DNA from: an uncultured Gemmatimonadaceae bacterium
Lineage (GTDB): Bacteria > Gemmatimonadota > Gemmatimonadetes > Gemmatimonadales > Gemmatimonadaceae
Direction of reading: 5' to 3'
Assembly (NCBI GenBank): GCA_963843845.1
Contig: CAWJMB010000002.1
Span: 1,696,001 to 1,760,000, forward strand
Length of the DNA: 64,000 bases
In this document: one piece after another, positions 10,678-19,536 of the stretch
Layout: each line of letters begins with the position of its first letter
Numbering within the stretch: the stretch's first letter is position 1
Translations under genes and position numbers: made by a program
Notes under the pieces: model-generated
Told to the model about the DNA's origin: nothing
What the model saw: only the letters and a program-made list of their open reading frames with translations
Databases searched by the model: none

Positions 10678-11768
10678 TTAAGACGTGATGCGGCGCGCGC
10701 CACGACTGCGCCAGTCGCCCCACGTGTCGCCGAGGCCGACCGCGAGCGCGACGCCCGAGAGCGTCGCCGGCGAGCAGCGCGATCCCGACGACGGGGAGCA
10801 GCAGCGCGACGCCGACGCCGACGGCCACCGTGACTCGCTCGGACGCGAGCCAGCGAAGGATGCCGAGTCCGCGGAGCGCGTAGAGCGCGCCGAAGAAGAC
10901 GAGCAGGTTGAGTCCGACCGCCCGCAGCGGCGCGAGCGACGGCAGCACGACGATCGTGAGCCCGGCGACGAGCCCCCACACGAGCTGATCGTTGAAGCGG
11001 AAGCTCGCGAGCGGGCCGAGCGGCGGGCCGATGCGGACGCGACTGAGGCGATGGTACAGTCCCCACGCGAGCCCGAGAGCGGCGAGCGACTCGAGGCCGA
11101 GGAGAGCAGGAACGAGGGGCGCCGTGACGCTCCGGGAGCGCTCCGAGCTGCTCGGCCGACGCGTCGGCACGAGCCGCCAGCTCCGGCGCCCGCGCGGTCA
11201 CCGTCTTCCACGCCACCGCCGACGTCGCATGCTGCTGCCAGTCGTCGAGCGACGCGTCGATGCGCCGCGTCAACTCCGCTCGCATCACACCGCCGAGCCG
11301 CGAGACGTCCCGCCCCGTGACGACCGCGCTGCCGACCGCGACGAAGCAGGCGACGCCGAGCGCGCCGAGGGCGCGCACGAACAGCCGGAGCCCCGGCGCG
11401 GCCAGCGACACGACCCCGAACGCGCCGGCGAGCACGAGCGCCCACCCGCGCGCGACCGCTGCATACGCCGGCGACTCGGCCGGGAGCGGCTGTCCGACGA
11501 CCCAGACCGACACGAGACACCACGCGACGGCGGTGAGCAGGCGCCCGCCGGAGAGCCACCCGACGAGCGCGCAGGCCGCGACGCGCCGGCACGACGAGGA
11601 GCAGCGTCTGCTCGATCGGCACGAGCGCCCGCACGAGCGCGGCCGCCAGCCCCGCCGCCGACGGCCAGAACGGCGCCGCCGCGACGGCGAGGCACACGAC
11701 GAGCGCGAGGACCATCCGTCCCCACCCGCGTTCGCGCGCCCCCCGATCGGCATGGCGGCGGCCGTCAT
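10678..11768 (-). CDS. DUF2232/YybS-like membrane protein (frameshifted)
   Basis: Multiple TM segments across frames. FRFNDQLVWGL...NLLVFFGALYALRGLG...GLGDTWGDWR. Typical position between rpsR and rplI. Confidence 0.75.
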
Positions 11769-11770
11769 GT

Positions 11771-11992
11771 TCAGCTCTGACTTCCCTTCGTGTACGGGAG
11801 CAGCGCGAGGTAGCGCGCCTTCTTGATCGCCTTCGCGACCTGCCGCTGGTGGCGCGCCGAAGCGCCGCTCAGGCGGCTGGGGAGGATCTTCCCGGTCTCC
11901 GTGATGAAGCGGGAGAGCAGGCGATCATCCTTGTAGTCGACGAAGCGGATTCGGGATTCGGCGAACGGATCGGCCTTCTTCTGGCGGCGCAT
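11771..11992 (-). CDS. rpsR: 30S ribosomal protein S18
   Basis: [26 protein letters not shown]...[20 protein letters not shown]. Confidence 0.97.
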   Translation of the reverse strand: MRRQKKADPFAESRIRFVDYKDDRLLSRFITETGKILPSRLSGASARHQRQVAKAIKKARYLALLPYTKGSQS

Positions 11993-11993
11993 G

Positions 11994-12363
11994 TTATTCC
12001 TCGTCCTCGTCGTCTTCGTCTTTCGCCCGGCGGGCGGCGAGCTCCTCTTCGGTCATCGGCGGCGCGCCGAGCTCGCGCTCGTGCAGCGAGATGAGGTAGC
12101 GGAGGACGCCGTCGTCGAGCTTCAGCGCGCGCTCGAACTCGGGCAGTACGCTCGTGTCGTCGAGCACGAAGTGCGCGATGGCGTAGTAGCCGCTCTCGCG
12201 GCGCTTGATGGTGTAGGCGAGCTGGCGCCGCCCCCAGTGCTCGATCGTCGGTTCTTCGGTCGGTCTTCAGCAGCCCGTGATGACGGGCGAGCTTGTCGGC
12301 GATGGCGTGATCTTCGAGCGCAGAGTCGAAGATGTAGACCGCCTCGTACGTGCGTTGGGGCAC
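11994..12363 (-). CDS. rpsF: 30S ribosomal protein S6 (frameshifted)
   Basis: [31 protein letters not shown], acidic tail. Stop TAA just before rpsR. Confidence 0.92.
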
Positions 12364-12372
12364 GCGTGGCAA

Positions 12373-12424
12373 TCCTCCCTATGGTCATGGCCGCCCCCCG
12401 CCGGTTGCCTGGGCGGGAGGAGGG
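12373..12424 (-). promoter_or_regulatory. Putative S6:S18-binding leader RNA of rpsF
   Basis: Minus strand CCCUCCU-CCCGCC(CAGGCAACC)GGCGGG-GGGCGGCCAUGACCAUA-GGGAGG. The outer CCUCC pairs with the SD GGAGG around an inner hairpin, the same layout as the known S6:S18 leader. Confidence 0.6.
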
Positions 12425-12469
12425 TCGAAGGGCGCGGCACGATGCGGCACCCGATGGGAAAAGCCCCGA

Positions 12470-12498
12470 AAGTTACACGCCGCACGGACTTACGGCAA
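12470..12498 (-). promoter_or_regulatory. Sigma70-type promoter of the rpsF operon
   Basis: TTGCCG-N17-TAACTT on minus strand. Confidence 0.6.
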
Positions 12499-12505
12499 CT
12501 CAGCG

Positions 12506-13006
12506 ATGCCGCGCGACCACCTTCCCCGCAAGCTCACCGTCCGCGCCGGCGGGCGGACCCTCGTGCTCCTCAAGCGACCCGAGGAGAGTGGAGAGCACGT
12601 CATCCAGAAGGCCGTGCTCTGGGCGCATTACCTGCCGGCGTACCCGGCCCTGCGCGTCGAGCAGCGCCTACCGTGGCCGAGTCGCTACAAGCCCGATCTG
12701 TACGCGCTCGATGCCACCGGGCAGACGGCGACGTTCTGGGGGGAATGCGGCGTCGTCAGCGCCGCGAAGCTCCGCGAGGTCGTGCGCGCGTATCCGCACA
12801 CGCACTTCGTGTTCTCGAAGTGGGACGCCCGCGTCGATCCGTTCGCGGCGCTGATCGACGACGCGCTGCGAGGACTACGTCGCACGGCCCCGCTGGAGCT
12901 GGTGCGTGTGCCGGGCGACGCCGGCGAGTGGATCGACGCGGGCCGCGACGTCGAGATCCCCGCCGATGCACTCGAGATCCGGCGGTGGCCCGCTCAGCGT
13001 CGGTGA
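12506..13006 (+). CDS. Hypothetical protein, YaeQ-like (PD-(D/E)xK-like fold)
   Basis: KRPEESGEHVIQKA...RYKPDLYALD...FWGECGVVSAAKL resembles the YaeQ pattern (ExxE, PDL, W.E.G). Confidence 0.55.
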   Translation: MPRDHLPRKLTVRAGGRTLVLLKRPEESGEHVIQKAVLWAHYLPAYPALRVEQRLPWPSRYKPDLYALDATGQTATFWGECGVVSAAKLREVVRAYPHTHFVFSKWDARVDPFAALIDDALRGLRRTAPLELVRVPGDAGEWIDAGRDVEIPADALEIRRWPAQRR

Positions 13007-13428
13007 CGGAGTGCGTCGAACGACGCGGCGCCCGGGCCGAGCGCAGAGATCAGGAGGAAGATGAAGCAGAACAGCACGGCCGTCTCGCCGCCGTTGAAGG
13101 CCGGGAAGACGTTGCGCGTCGCGTGAGCGAGGAAGTAGGCGAAGGCCATCTCGCCCGAGGCGATGAACGCGGCCGGTCGCGTGAAGAGCCCGAGCGTGAT
13201 CAGCAGGCCGGCACCGAATTCGATGATGCCCGCGATTCCGGCCCGCGACGCGATCTCGATCGGCGGCATCGCCGGCCCCTCGGCCGCGGCGTTCACCGGC
13301 CACCGAAACAGCTTCTGCGTACCGTGCAACATGAACAGGCTGCCCGCCACGATGCGCAGCGCGGCGAGCGTGAGGGGGCCGAATCGGTCGGCGATCGAGC
13401 CGTGCGTGGCGGTCGTGGGCGTGGTCAC
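12994..13428 (-). CDS. DoxX family membrane protein
   Basis: LRIVAGSLFMLHGTQKLF...IEFGAGLLITLGLFTRPAAFIASGEMAFAYF...NGGETAVLFCF...GPG. Confidence 0.9.
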   Translation of the reverse strand: MTTPTTATHGSIADRFGPLTLAALRIVAGSLFMLHGTQKLFRWPVNAAAEGPAMPPIEIASRAGIAGIIEFGAGLLITLGLFTRPAAFIASGEMAFAYFLAHATRNVFPAFNGGETAVLFCFIFLLISALGPGAASFDALRHRR

Positions 13429-13447
13429 GAAAGTCGAGTCGGAACAG

Positions 13448-13810
13448 TCACGAGAAGGCGAGAGGCGCCCGCCCACGCGGCGTCGCCACACCACGGTCGA
13501 GCAGCGCTTCGCTCGTGATGAGCCGCACCTGGTCGGCGAGCTGCGCGGCCGGCGTGCGAGCGGACGGGTCGACGGATTGATAGCCGCCGGAGAGGCGCGC
13601 CGCGAGCACCGCGGCGACGGCATCCTCCATGGCGTCGAGCACCTGCGCCGCGCCCGCCCCCTGGTCGACGAGCGACTCGACGATCGACGAGACGAGCGCC
13701 CGGATCGGCGCCGTCGTCGGATCGGGGAGTGCGAGCGCCGACCGCACGGCGAGCGCGAAGTCACGGTCGAGCTGCCGCGGGATGTACGGCTCCTGGACGT
13801 CGTCAGCCAT
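13448..13810 (-). CDS. Hypothetical helical protein (120 aa)
   Basis: ATG ORF with GC3-rich codons and protein-like composition. No motif recognised. Confidence 0.6.
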   Translation of the reverse strand: MADDVQEPYIPRQLDRDFALAVRSALALPDPTTAPIRALVSSIVESLVDQGAGAAQVLDAMEDAVAAVLAARLSGGYQSVDPSARTPAAQLADQVRLITSEALLDRGVATPRGRAPLAFS

Positions 13811-13921
13811 GACGCACCATGTGAAGGGTGGCCAGTGAACGGGTACGGCGATGCAGCCGTACCGTCGTGTAGGATACCGACTGGGGCAGGCCGCGCGGGA
13901 GTGCGCGGCTCGTGCCAGGCG

Positions 13922-15022
13922 TCAGACGTTGAACTTGAACAGCATCACGTCGCCGTCGTGCACGACGTACTCCTTCCCCTCGCTTCGCACGACGCCCTTC
14001 TCGCGCGCCCCCTTCCACCCACCGTTCGCCACGAACTCGTCGTACGCGACCGTGTCGGCCTTGATGAAGCCGCGCTCGAAGTCCGTGTGGATCACGCCGG
14101 CCGCCTTCGGCGCCGTGTCGCCGCGGTGGATCGTCCACGCCCGCACCTCCTGCTCGCCCGCCGTGAAGTAGGTCTGGAGGCCGAGCAGGTGGTAGCTCGC
14201 GCGGATCAGGCGGTCGAGCCCGGCGCTCTCGAGGCCCAACGACGCGAGGAAGTCGCCGCGATCCTCGGCCGGCAGCTCGGCGAGCTCGGCTTCGATCTTG
14301 GCGGAGAAGGGAACGACCTCCGCCAGCTCTCCGCTCGCCGCGACGGCCGCGCGCAGCGCGGTGAGGTGCGCCCCCTCGTCGCCCGTCAGCTCGGCGTCGG
14401 TGACGTTCGCGGCGTAGAGGATCGGCTTCGAGGTGAGCAGCGACAGGGGCTGCAGCACCGCGAGCTGCTCGGGCGACAGCTTCGCCTCCCACAGCCCGCG
14501 CCCGTCTTTCAGGAACTCGTGCGCGCGCTCGAGCACCGCGAGCTCCGCCTTCGCCTCCGCGTCTCCGGTCTTCGACGCACGGCGCGTGCGGTCGAGCCGC
14601 TTCTCGACGGTCGCGAGGTCGGCGAGCGCGAGCTCGAACTCGATCACCTCGCGGTCGCGCACCGGGTCGACGGCCGCCATCACGTGCAGGACGTCGTCGT
14701 CGTCGAAGCAGCGCACGACGTGCACGATCGCGTCGGTCTCGCGGATGTTCGCGAGGAACTGGTTGCCGAGCCCCTCGCCCTGCGAGGCGCCCTTCACGAG
14801 CCCGGCGATGTCGACGAACTCCACCGCCGCCGGCACGGTGCGCTGCGGCTGCACGATCTCCGCGAGGCGGTCGAGGCGCGCGTCGGGCACGTTCACCCGG
14901 CCGACGTTCGGGTCCTTGGTCGCGAACGGATAGTTCGCCGCGAGGACGCCCGCGGAGGTCAGCGCGTTGAAGAGCGTCGACTTGCCGACGTTCGGCAGTC
15001 CGACGATACCGATCTTGAGCAT
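13922..15022 (-). CDS. ychF: Redox-regulated ATPase YchF
   Basis: GIVGLPNVGKSTLFNAL, ANYPFAT, DIAGLVKGASQGEGLGNQFL, IHTDFERGFI. Confidence 0.97.
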   Translation of the reverse strand: MLKIGIVGLPNVGKSTLFNALTSAGVLAANYPFATKDPNVGRVNVPDARLDRLAEIVQPQRTVPAAVEFVDIAGLVKGASQGEGLGNQFLANIRETDAIVHVVRCFDDDDVLHVMAAVDPVRDREVIEFELALADLATVEKRLDRTRRASKTGDAEAKAELAVLERAHEFLKDGRGLWEAKLSPEQLAVLQPLSLLTSKPILYAANVTDAELTGDEGAHLTALRAAVAASGELAEVVPFSAKIEAELAELPAEDRGDFLASLGLESAGLDRLIRASYHLLGLQTYFTAGEQEVRAWTIHRGDTAPKAAGVIHTDFERGFIKADTVAYDEFVANGGWKGAREKGVVRSEGKEYVVHDGDVMLFKFNV

Positions 15023-15605
15023 CTACGCCGTTGCCGTTGTGCTTGTTCATCGCCGCGATCACTCCCTCGCGTACCCAGATCTCGCAGGCGTCGGTGAGGC
15101 GCGGCAGCATGTCCTGAACGATCCCGCGATCGAGCTTTCCCATCGGCGACAGCACGTAGTCGGAGAGGCGGCCGATCTCGCGCTGCTGATCGGGCGGCGG
15201 CGCGGTGCCGATGCGAAGGCGCGGATACTCCTGTGTCTTCAGTGCCCCTTCCACGCTCTTGAGCCCGTTGCTCCCGCCCGCGCTTCCCTGTGGCCGGATG
15301 CGTGAGCGCCCGACCGGCAGCGCGACGTCGTCGCAGACGACGAGCAGGTCGGTCTTCGCCGCCCAGAACGGGCGCCGCAGATAGGGGCGAAGCACCGAGC
15401 CGCTGAGGTTGTAGTACGTCTGCGGCTTCACGAGCCGCACCTTGAACGCGCCGACCGTTCCGTTCGCGACGAGCGCGTCGCCGTCCTTCCGCCAGCCGTC
15501 GAAACGCCAAACGTCGGCCAGGTGGTCGAGTACCCACCAGCCGACGTTGTGGCGTGTCGCCTCGTACTCCTTGCCCGGATTGCCGAGGCCGAGGATGACC
15601 TTCAA
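15023..15605 (-). CDS. pth: Peptidyl-tRNA hydrolase (stop codon displaced by a probable indel)
   Basis: TTG start MKVILGLGNPGKEYEATRHNVGW...KPQTYYNLSG...GSAGGSNGLKSV...RLRIG...YVLS. TAG at 15023-15025 is one base out of frame. Confidence 0.93.
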
Positions 15606-15609
15606 GTGC

Positions 15610-16244
15610 TTACTCCTCGGCCTTCTTCTGACGGATGACTTCGGGCTCCGCGGCGCCGGGGGTCGCTTCGGCTGCGGCCTCGCTCGTGCGGGGCGCGGCG
15701 ACGGCGACGACGGTCGCGTCCTCGTCGTCGAGCAGCGTCGCACCCGCCGGAAGCTGCAGATCGCGCACGTGCAGCGGGTGGCCGATCATCAGCCCCGAGA
15801 CGTCGACGTCGATGTGGTTCGGGATGTGTCGCCGGGTCGACCGAGATGTGGACCTGGCGCATCGACTCCTCGAGGAGCCCGCCGCTCTCACGCACCCCTG
15901 GCGCGACGCCGACGAGCACGAGCGGGATGTCGACGGGGACCTTCTCGCCAGCGACGAGCTCCTGGAAGTCGACGTGCACGATCGTGCGCTTGACCGGGTG
16001 ACGCTGGATCTCGCGGATCAGCGTGCGCGACGTGGCGCCGTCGAGCCCGAGCTCGATGACCGTGCTCTCGGCCGAGATGTGCTCGAGCAGCTTGCTCGAG
16101 CTCACGAGCGTTGACCGAGAGCGCCTGCGCGGAGCGGTTGTGGCCGTAGATGACGGCGGGAACGCGGCCGGCGGCGCGAAGCTTGCGCGCAGCGCCTTTG
16201 CCGGTCTCGGCGCGGGGCTCCGCGGCGAGCGTGGCAGTTGCCAT
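15610..16244 (-). CDS. rplY: 50S ribosomal protein L25/Ctc (frameshifted)
   Basis: TGKGAARKLRAAGRVPAVIYG, IQRHPVKRTIVHVDF, IPNHIDVDVSGL, EPEVIRQKK. Confidence 0.93.
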
Positions 16245-16346
16245 GGATCGAGAACCTCTTTCCGGAGAACGCGAAGCGACGTGACGCCCAGGTTACCCTC
16301 GGGCGTCGCGCCGGAAACGCGCCGCCCGCCTCTCACCCAGCCTCAC

Positions 16347-16376
16347 AACATAGCGGCGTAAGCGGCGACGAAGCAA
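16347..16376 (-). promoter_or_regulatory. Sigma70-type promoter of rplY
   Basis: TTGCTT-N18-TATGTT on minus strand. Confidence 0.5.
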
Positions 16377-16405
16377 CCGCTTAGCTCCGTCCGCCGGGCG
16401 TCGCG

Positions 16406-17368
16406 CTAGTCGAAGAGACTCGAGACGCTCTGCTCGCTGTGCGTGAAGCGGATCGCCTTCGCGAGCAGCTCGCCGACGGAGAGAATCGTCAGCTTCTCGA
16501 AGCGCTTCTCGGGGCGCGTGTAGACCGAGTCGGTCACCGTCACCTCTTCGATCGGCGAGTCGCTCAGGCGCTGCACCGCGGGGCCGCTCAGCAGCGCGTG
16601 CGTCGCGCACGCGAACACGCGCTCGGCGCCGAGTCGCTTGAGGGCGCGGGCGGCCTCGCTCAGCGTGCCGGCCGTGTCGATCATGTCGTCCACGAGCAGA
16701 CAGTCGCGTCCCGCGACGTCGCCGACGACGTTCACGACCTCGGCGACGTTCGCCGCCGGGCGCCGCTTGTCGATGATGGCGAGCGAGCCGTTGAGCCGTC
16801 GCGCGAAGCCGCGCGCCATCTTCGCCGCGCCGGCGTCAGGCGCAACGACGACGGGGTCCTTCAGGCTCTTCTTGCGGTAGTGGTTGACGAACACCGGCGC
16901 CGCGTACAGGTGGTCGACGGGCACGTCGAAGAAGCCCTGCAGCTGGTGCTGGTGGAAGTCGATGCCCAGCACGCGGTCCGCGCCGGCGCTCTCGATCATG
17001 TTCGCGACCAACTTCGCAGCGATCGCGACGCGCGGCTGGTCCTTCCGGTCCTGGCGCGAATAGCCGTAGTAGGGCATCACGCAGGTGATCCGCGCCGCGC
17101 TCGCCCGGCGCGCCGCGTCGATCATGAGCAGCAGCTCGAGCAGGTTCTCCGCGGGCGGGTTCGTCGGCTGGACGATGAAGACGTCGAGCCCGCGGATGTT
17201 CTCGTCGATGCGGACGAAGATCTCACCGTCGGCGAAGCGGCTGACCGTCATCTTGCCCAGGTCGACGCTGAGAAAGCGACTGATCTCGTTCGCGAGGTCG
17301 GGGTTCGCGGTGCCGGCGATGAGCTTGAAGCCGACCGAAGCAGCCTGCCCGGAGCCTGTGGAATCCAT
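16406..17368 (-). CDS. prs: Ribose-phosphate pyrophosphokinase
   Basis: FADGEIFV, PYYGYSRQDRK, VVAPDAG, VDDMIDTAGT. Confidence 0.97.
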   Translation of the reverse strand: MDSTGSGQAASVGFKLIAGTANPDLANEISRFLSVDLGKMTVSRFADGEIFVRIDENIRGLDVFIVQPTNPPAENLLELLLMIDAARRASAARITCVMPYYGYSRQDRKDQPRVAIAAKLVANMIESAGADRVLGIDFHQHQLQGFFDVPVDHLYAAPVFVNHYRKKSLKDPVVVAPDAGAAKMARGFARRLNGSLAIIDKRRPAANVAEVVNVVGDVAGRDCLLVDDMIDTAGTLSEAARALKRLGAERVFACATHALLSGPAVQRLSDSPIEEVTVTDSVYTRPEKRFEKLTILSVGELLAKAIRFTHSEQSVSSLFD

Positions 17369-17458
17369 TCGGCGACGCGTCGAGGAGAAAGGGTCGGCGC
17401 AAAACGAGGACGACGCTCGCGCGTCGTCCCCGCCGCACCGTCACGTTGGTTGCCCTGA

Positions 17459-17529
17459 TTGCCCCGCGTGGATTCGAACCACGATCTTCCGGTCCAAAGC
17501 CGGAGGTCCTGCCATTGAACGACGGGGCA
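17459..17529 (-). tRNA. tRNA-Gln(TTG)
   Basis: TGCCCCGTCGTTCAATGGCAGGACCTCCGGCTTTGGACCGGAAGATCGTGGTTCGAATCCACGCGGGGCAA folds as a cloverleaf with anticodon TTG. Classic ispE-tRNA-Gln-prs context. Confidence 0.95.
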
Positions 17530-17541
17530 GGTGCCGGGAAG

Positions 17542-18489
17542 CTAGTCCTCGATCTCGACCGGAGCAACGCGCTCCGCAGTGCGCGTCGCGACGATCCGCA
17601 GGCCGTCGTCGGCGACGGCATCGTCGGTGGAACGCACGTCGAACGACAGGCCGATCCGCTCCGGCGACGCGAGAAAGACGGTCGCGCCGGACCCGGTCAT
17701 GAGCGAGAAGGGCACGTCGTCTCCGTCGCCCTCCTGCACCTCGGCGTCGACCTGACGCGCGACGTCGGCGAACAGCTCGCGCATCTCGGCGATGTCCGGA
17801 CGGCTGGCGAACACCACCGGCTCGAAGTCGTTCGTCGCGATCAGCGCGACGTCGTCCCAGCGAGCGACGCGCTCGAGATCCCAGACGATCGGGCGCGGGC
17901 CCGTGGCGGGACGCGACCGGGCCGCGTGGGCCTCGAACGCGGCCGCCGTCGACACGCCCTCGCCGAACGTCGCCAGGTGTACGGCGCGCACCGGGAGCGG
18001 GTCGAGCGCGAGCATCCGCTCGCCGCGCCCCCAGGCCAGCGCGCGCGGCAGCTCGGTCGCGAGGAACGGCACGTCGGCGCCGAGCGCGCCGGCGAACGCG
18101 AGCAGGTCGGAGCGGCCTAACGGTTCGGGGGCGAGCGCATTGAGTGCACGGAGGACGGCCCCGGCATCCGCGCTGCCGCCGCCGAGGCCGCCGCCGACGG
18201 GGATGTGCTTCCCGACCTCGATGGCGAAGCCGTCCGGCCAGCGGGTCGCATCGGCGTACGCGACCGCGGCGCGCCAGGCGAGGTTGTGCTCGACTGGTCC
18301 GACGTCGACGTCGCAGTCGAGCGACCGCCCCGCGACGCCGACGCGCACGACGACGTCGTCGGCGAGCTCGAGGCGCTGGAACATCGTCTCGAGCTGGTGA
18401 TACCCGGACGCCTCGCGCGCGAGGACGCGAAGGAAGAGGTTGATCTTCGCCTGTGCGGCGCAGCGAGCAGTACGGTGGATGGACGTCAT
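17542..18489 (-). CDS. ispE: 4-diphosphocytidyl-2-C-methyl-D-erythritol kinase
   Basis: AKINLFLRV...GYHQLET, KHIPVGGGLGGGSADA, LGADVPF, MTGSGATVF. Confidence 0.95.
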   Translation of the reverse strand: MTSIHRTARCAAQAKINLFLRVLAREASGYHQLETMFQRLELADDVVVRVGVAGRSLDCDVDVGPVEHNLAWRAAVAYADATRWPDGFAIEVGKHIPVGGGLGGGSADAGAVLRALNALAPEPLGRSDLLAFAGALGADVPFLATELPRALAWGRGERMLALDPLPVRAVHLATFGEGVSTAAAFEAHAARSRPATGPRPIVWDLERVARWDDVALIATNDFEPVVFASRPDIAEMRELFADVARQVDAEVQEGDGDDVPFSLMTGSGATVFLASPERIGLSFDVRSTDDAVADDGLRIVATRTAERVAPVEIED

Positions 18490-18492
18490 GCG

Positions 18493-19536
18493 TCAGGCAT
18501 CGTGACGTGGGCTCGTACCGGCGCCGCTCGGCGTGGTGCGGCTCGATGCGACGTCGCTCATCGAGAAGCCGAGTCGAGCGAAGTACACGGCGCCGATGAC
18601 CGTGATGGGGATGAACGTCAGGATGTGGTACCCGAGCGCCCAGCTCACGGCGATCGTGTCGGGCACGTCGTATACGCGAAGCGCGAGCTTCGAGCTCAGC
18701 TCGAACTGCCCGAAGAAGCCAGGCGCTCCGGGCAGCACGGACGCGAACGAGCTGATGCCGTTGAGCAGGAGCGCGGCGCCGAAGGGCAGGCGGATGTCCA
18801 TCGCGAAGAACGCGATCCAGATCGACAGCACCTGGACGACCCAGTGCACGACCGTCCACGCGAAGACGGCGGCGAAGCGTCGCGGGTGGCGCAGCACGCT
18901 CAGCCCGTCGGCGAACGCGCCCAGCGCCTCCGCGCCGCGCCGCTCGACGCTCGGTGCCACGCGGCGGCTGACCAGCTCGAACACTCGGATGATGCGCGCC
19001 GGGAAGAAGACGAGCGCGTAGAGCACACCGAGCAGCCCGGCGACGCCGACGACGCCGGCCCGTGCGATCGCGTCGAGCGGCAGCGCGCGGGTGTTCGCGT
19101 TCTGCGGCAACGAGGCGTCGAGCAGCGGCGCGAAGGTGAACAGGAGCAGCACCACCGCGTCGAAGACACGGTCCACCGCGAGCGACGCGAGCGCCGCCGG
19201 AAACGAGACGTCAGGCACCTCGCGCGACAGCGCGTACGCCCGCGCGGGTTCGCCGGCGCGCACCGGGAGCACGTTGTTCGCCATCATGCCGATGCACGTC
19301 GCCCGCCACAGCGGACCGTAGGCGACGCGCCCGGCGACCGGCTCGAGGATCGTGCGCCACCGGAGTGCGCGGAGGGGGAAGATTCCCATGCACACGACCG
19401 TCGCGAGCAGGAACAGAGGAACGTTCGACCCGCGCAGCGCCTGCCAGATCGCCGTCGCGCTCTCTCCGCGCAACGTCCACCACAGCAGAGCGCCGCTCAG
19501 CGCGAGGCCGAGCGCGCTCTTCCAATCGAACTTCAT
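18493..19536 (-). CDS. Lysylphosphatidylglycerol synthase TM-domain (UPF0104) flippase-like protein
   Basis: RALRW, NNVLPVRAGE, DRVFD, PGAPGFFG; about 8 TM segments. Confidence 0.88.
   Translation of the reverse strand: MKFDWKSALGLALSGALLWWTLRGESATAIWQALRGSNVPLFLLATVVCMGIFPLRALRWRTILEPVAGRVAYGPLWRATCIGMMANNVLPVRAGEPARAYALSREVPDVSFPAALASLAVDRVFDAVVLLLFTFAPLLDASLPQNANTRALPLDAIARAGVVGVAGLLGVLYALVFFPARIIRVFELVSRRVAPSVERRGAEALGAFADGLSVLRHPRRFAAVFAWTVVHWVVQVLSIWIAFFAMDIRLPFGAALLLNGISSFASVLPGAPGFFGQFELSSKLALRVYDVPDTIAVSWALGYHILTFIPITVIGAVYFARLGFSMSDVASSRTTPSGAGTSPRHDA

Noticed and set aside
13900..13920. Sigma54 promoter TGGCACG upstream of the 120-aa orphan
   Set aside because: No GC at the required 10-nt spacing.
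13803..15743. 646-aa extended Pth overlapping ychF
   Set aside because: A TAG sits one base out of frame directly before the ychF ATG, and the extension is Arg-rich off-frame sequence. Most likely a single indel.
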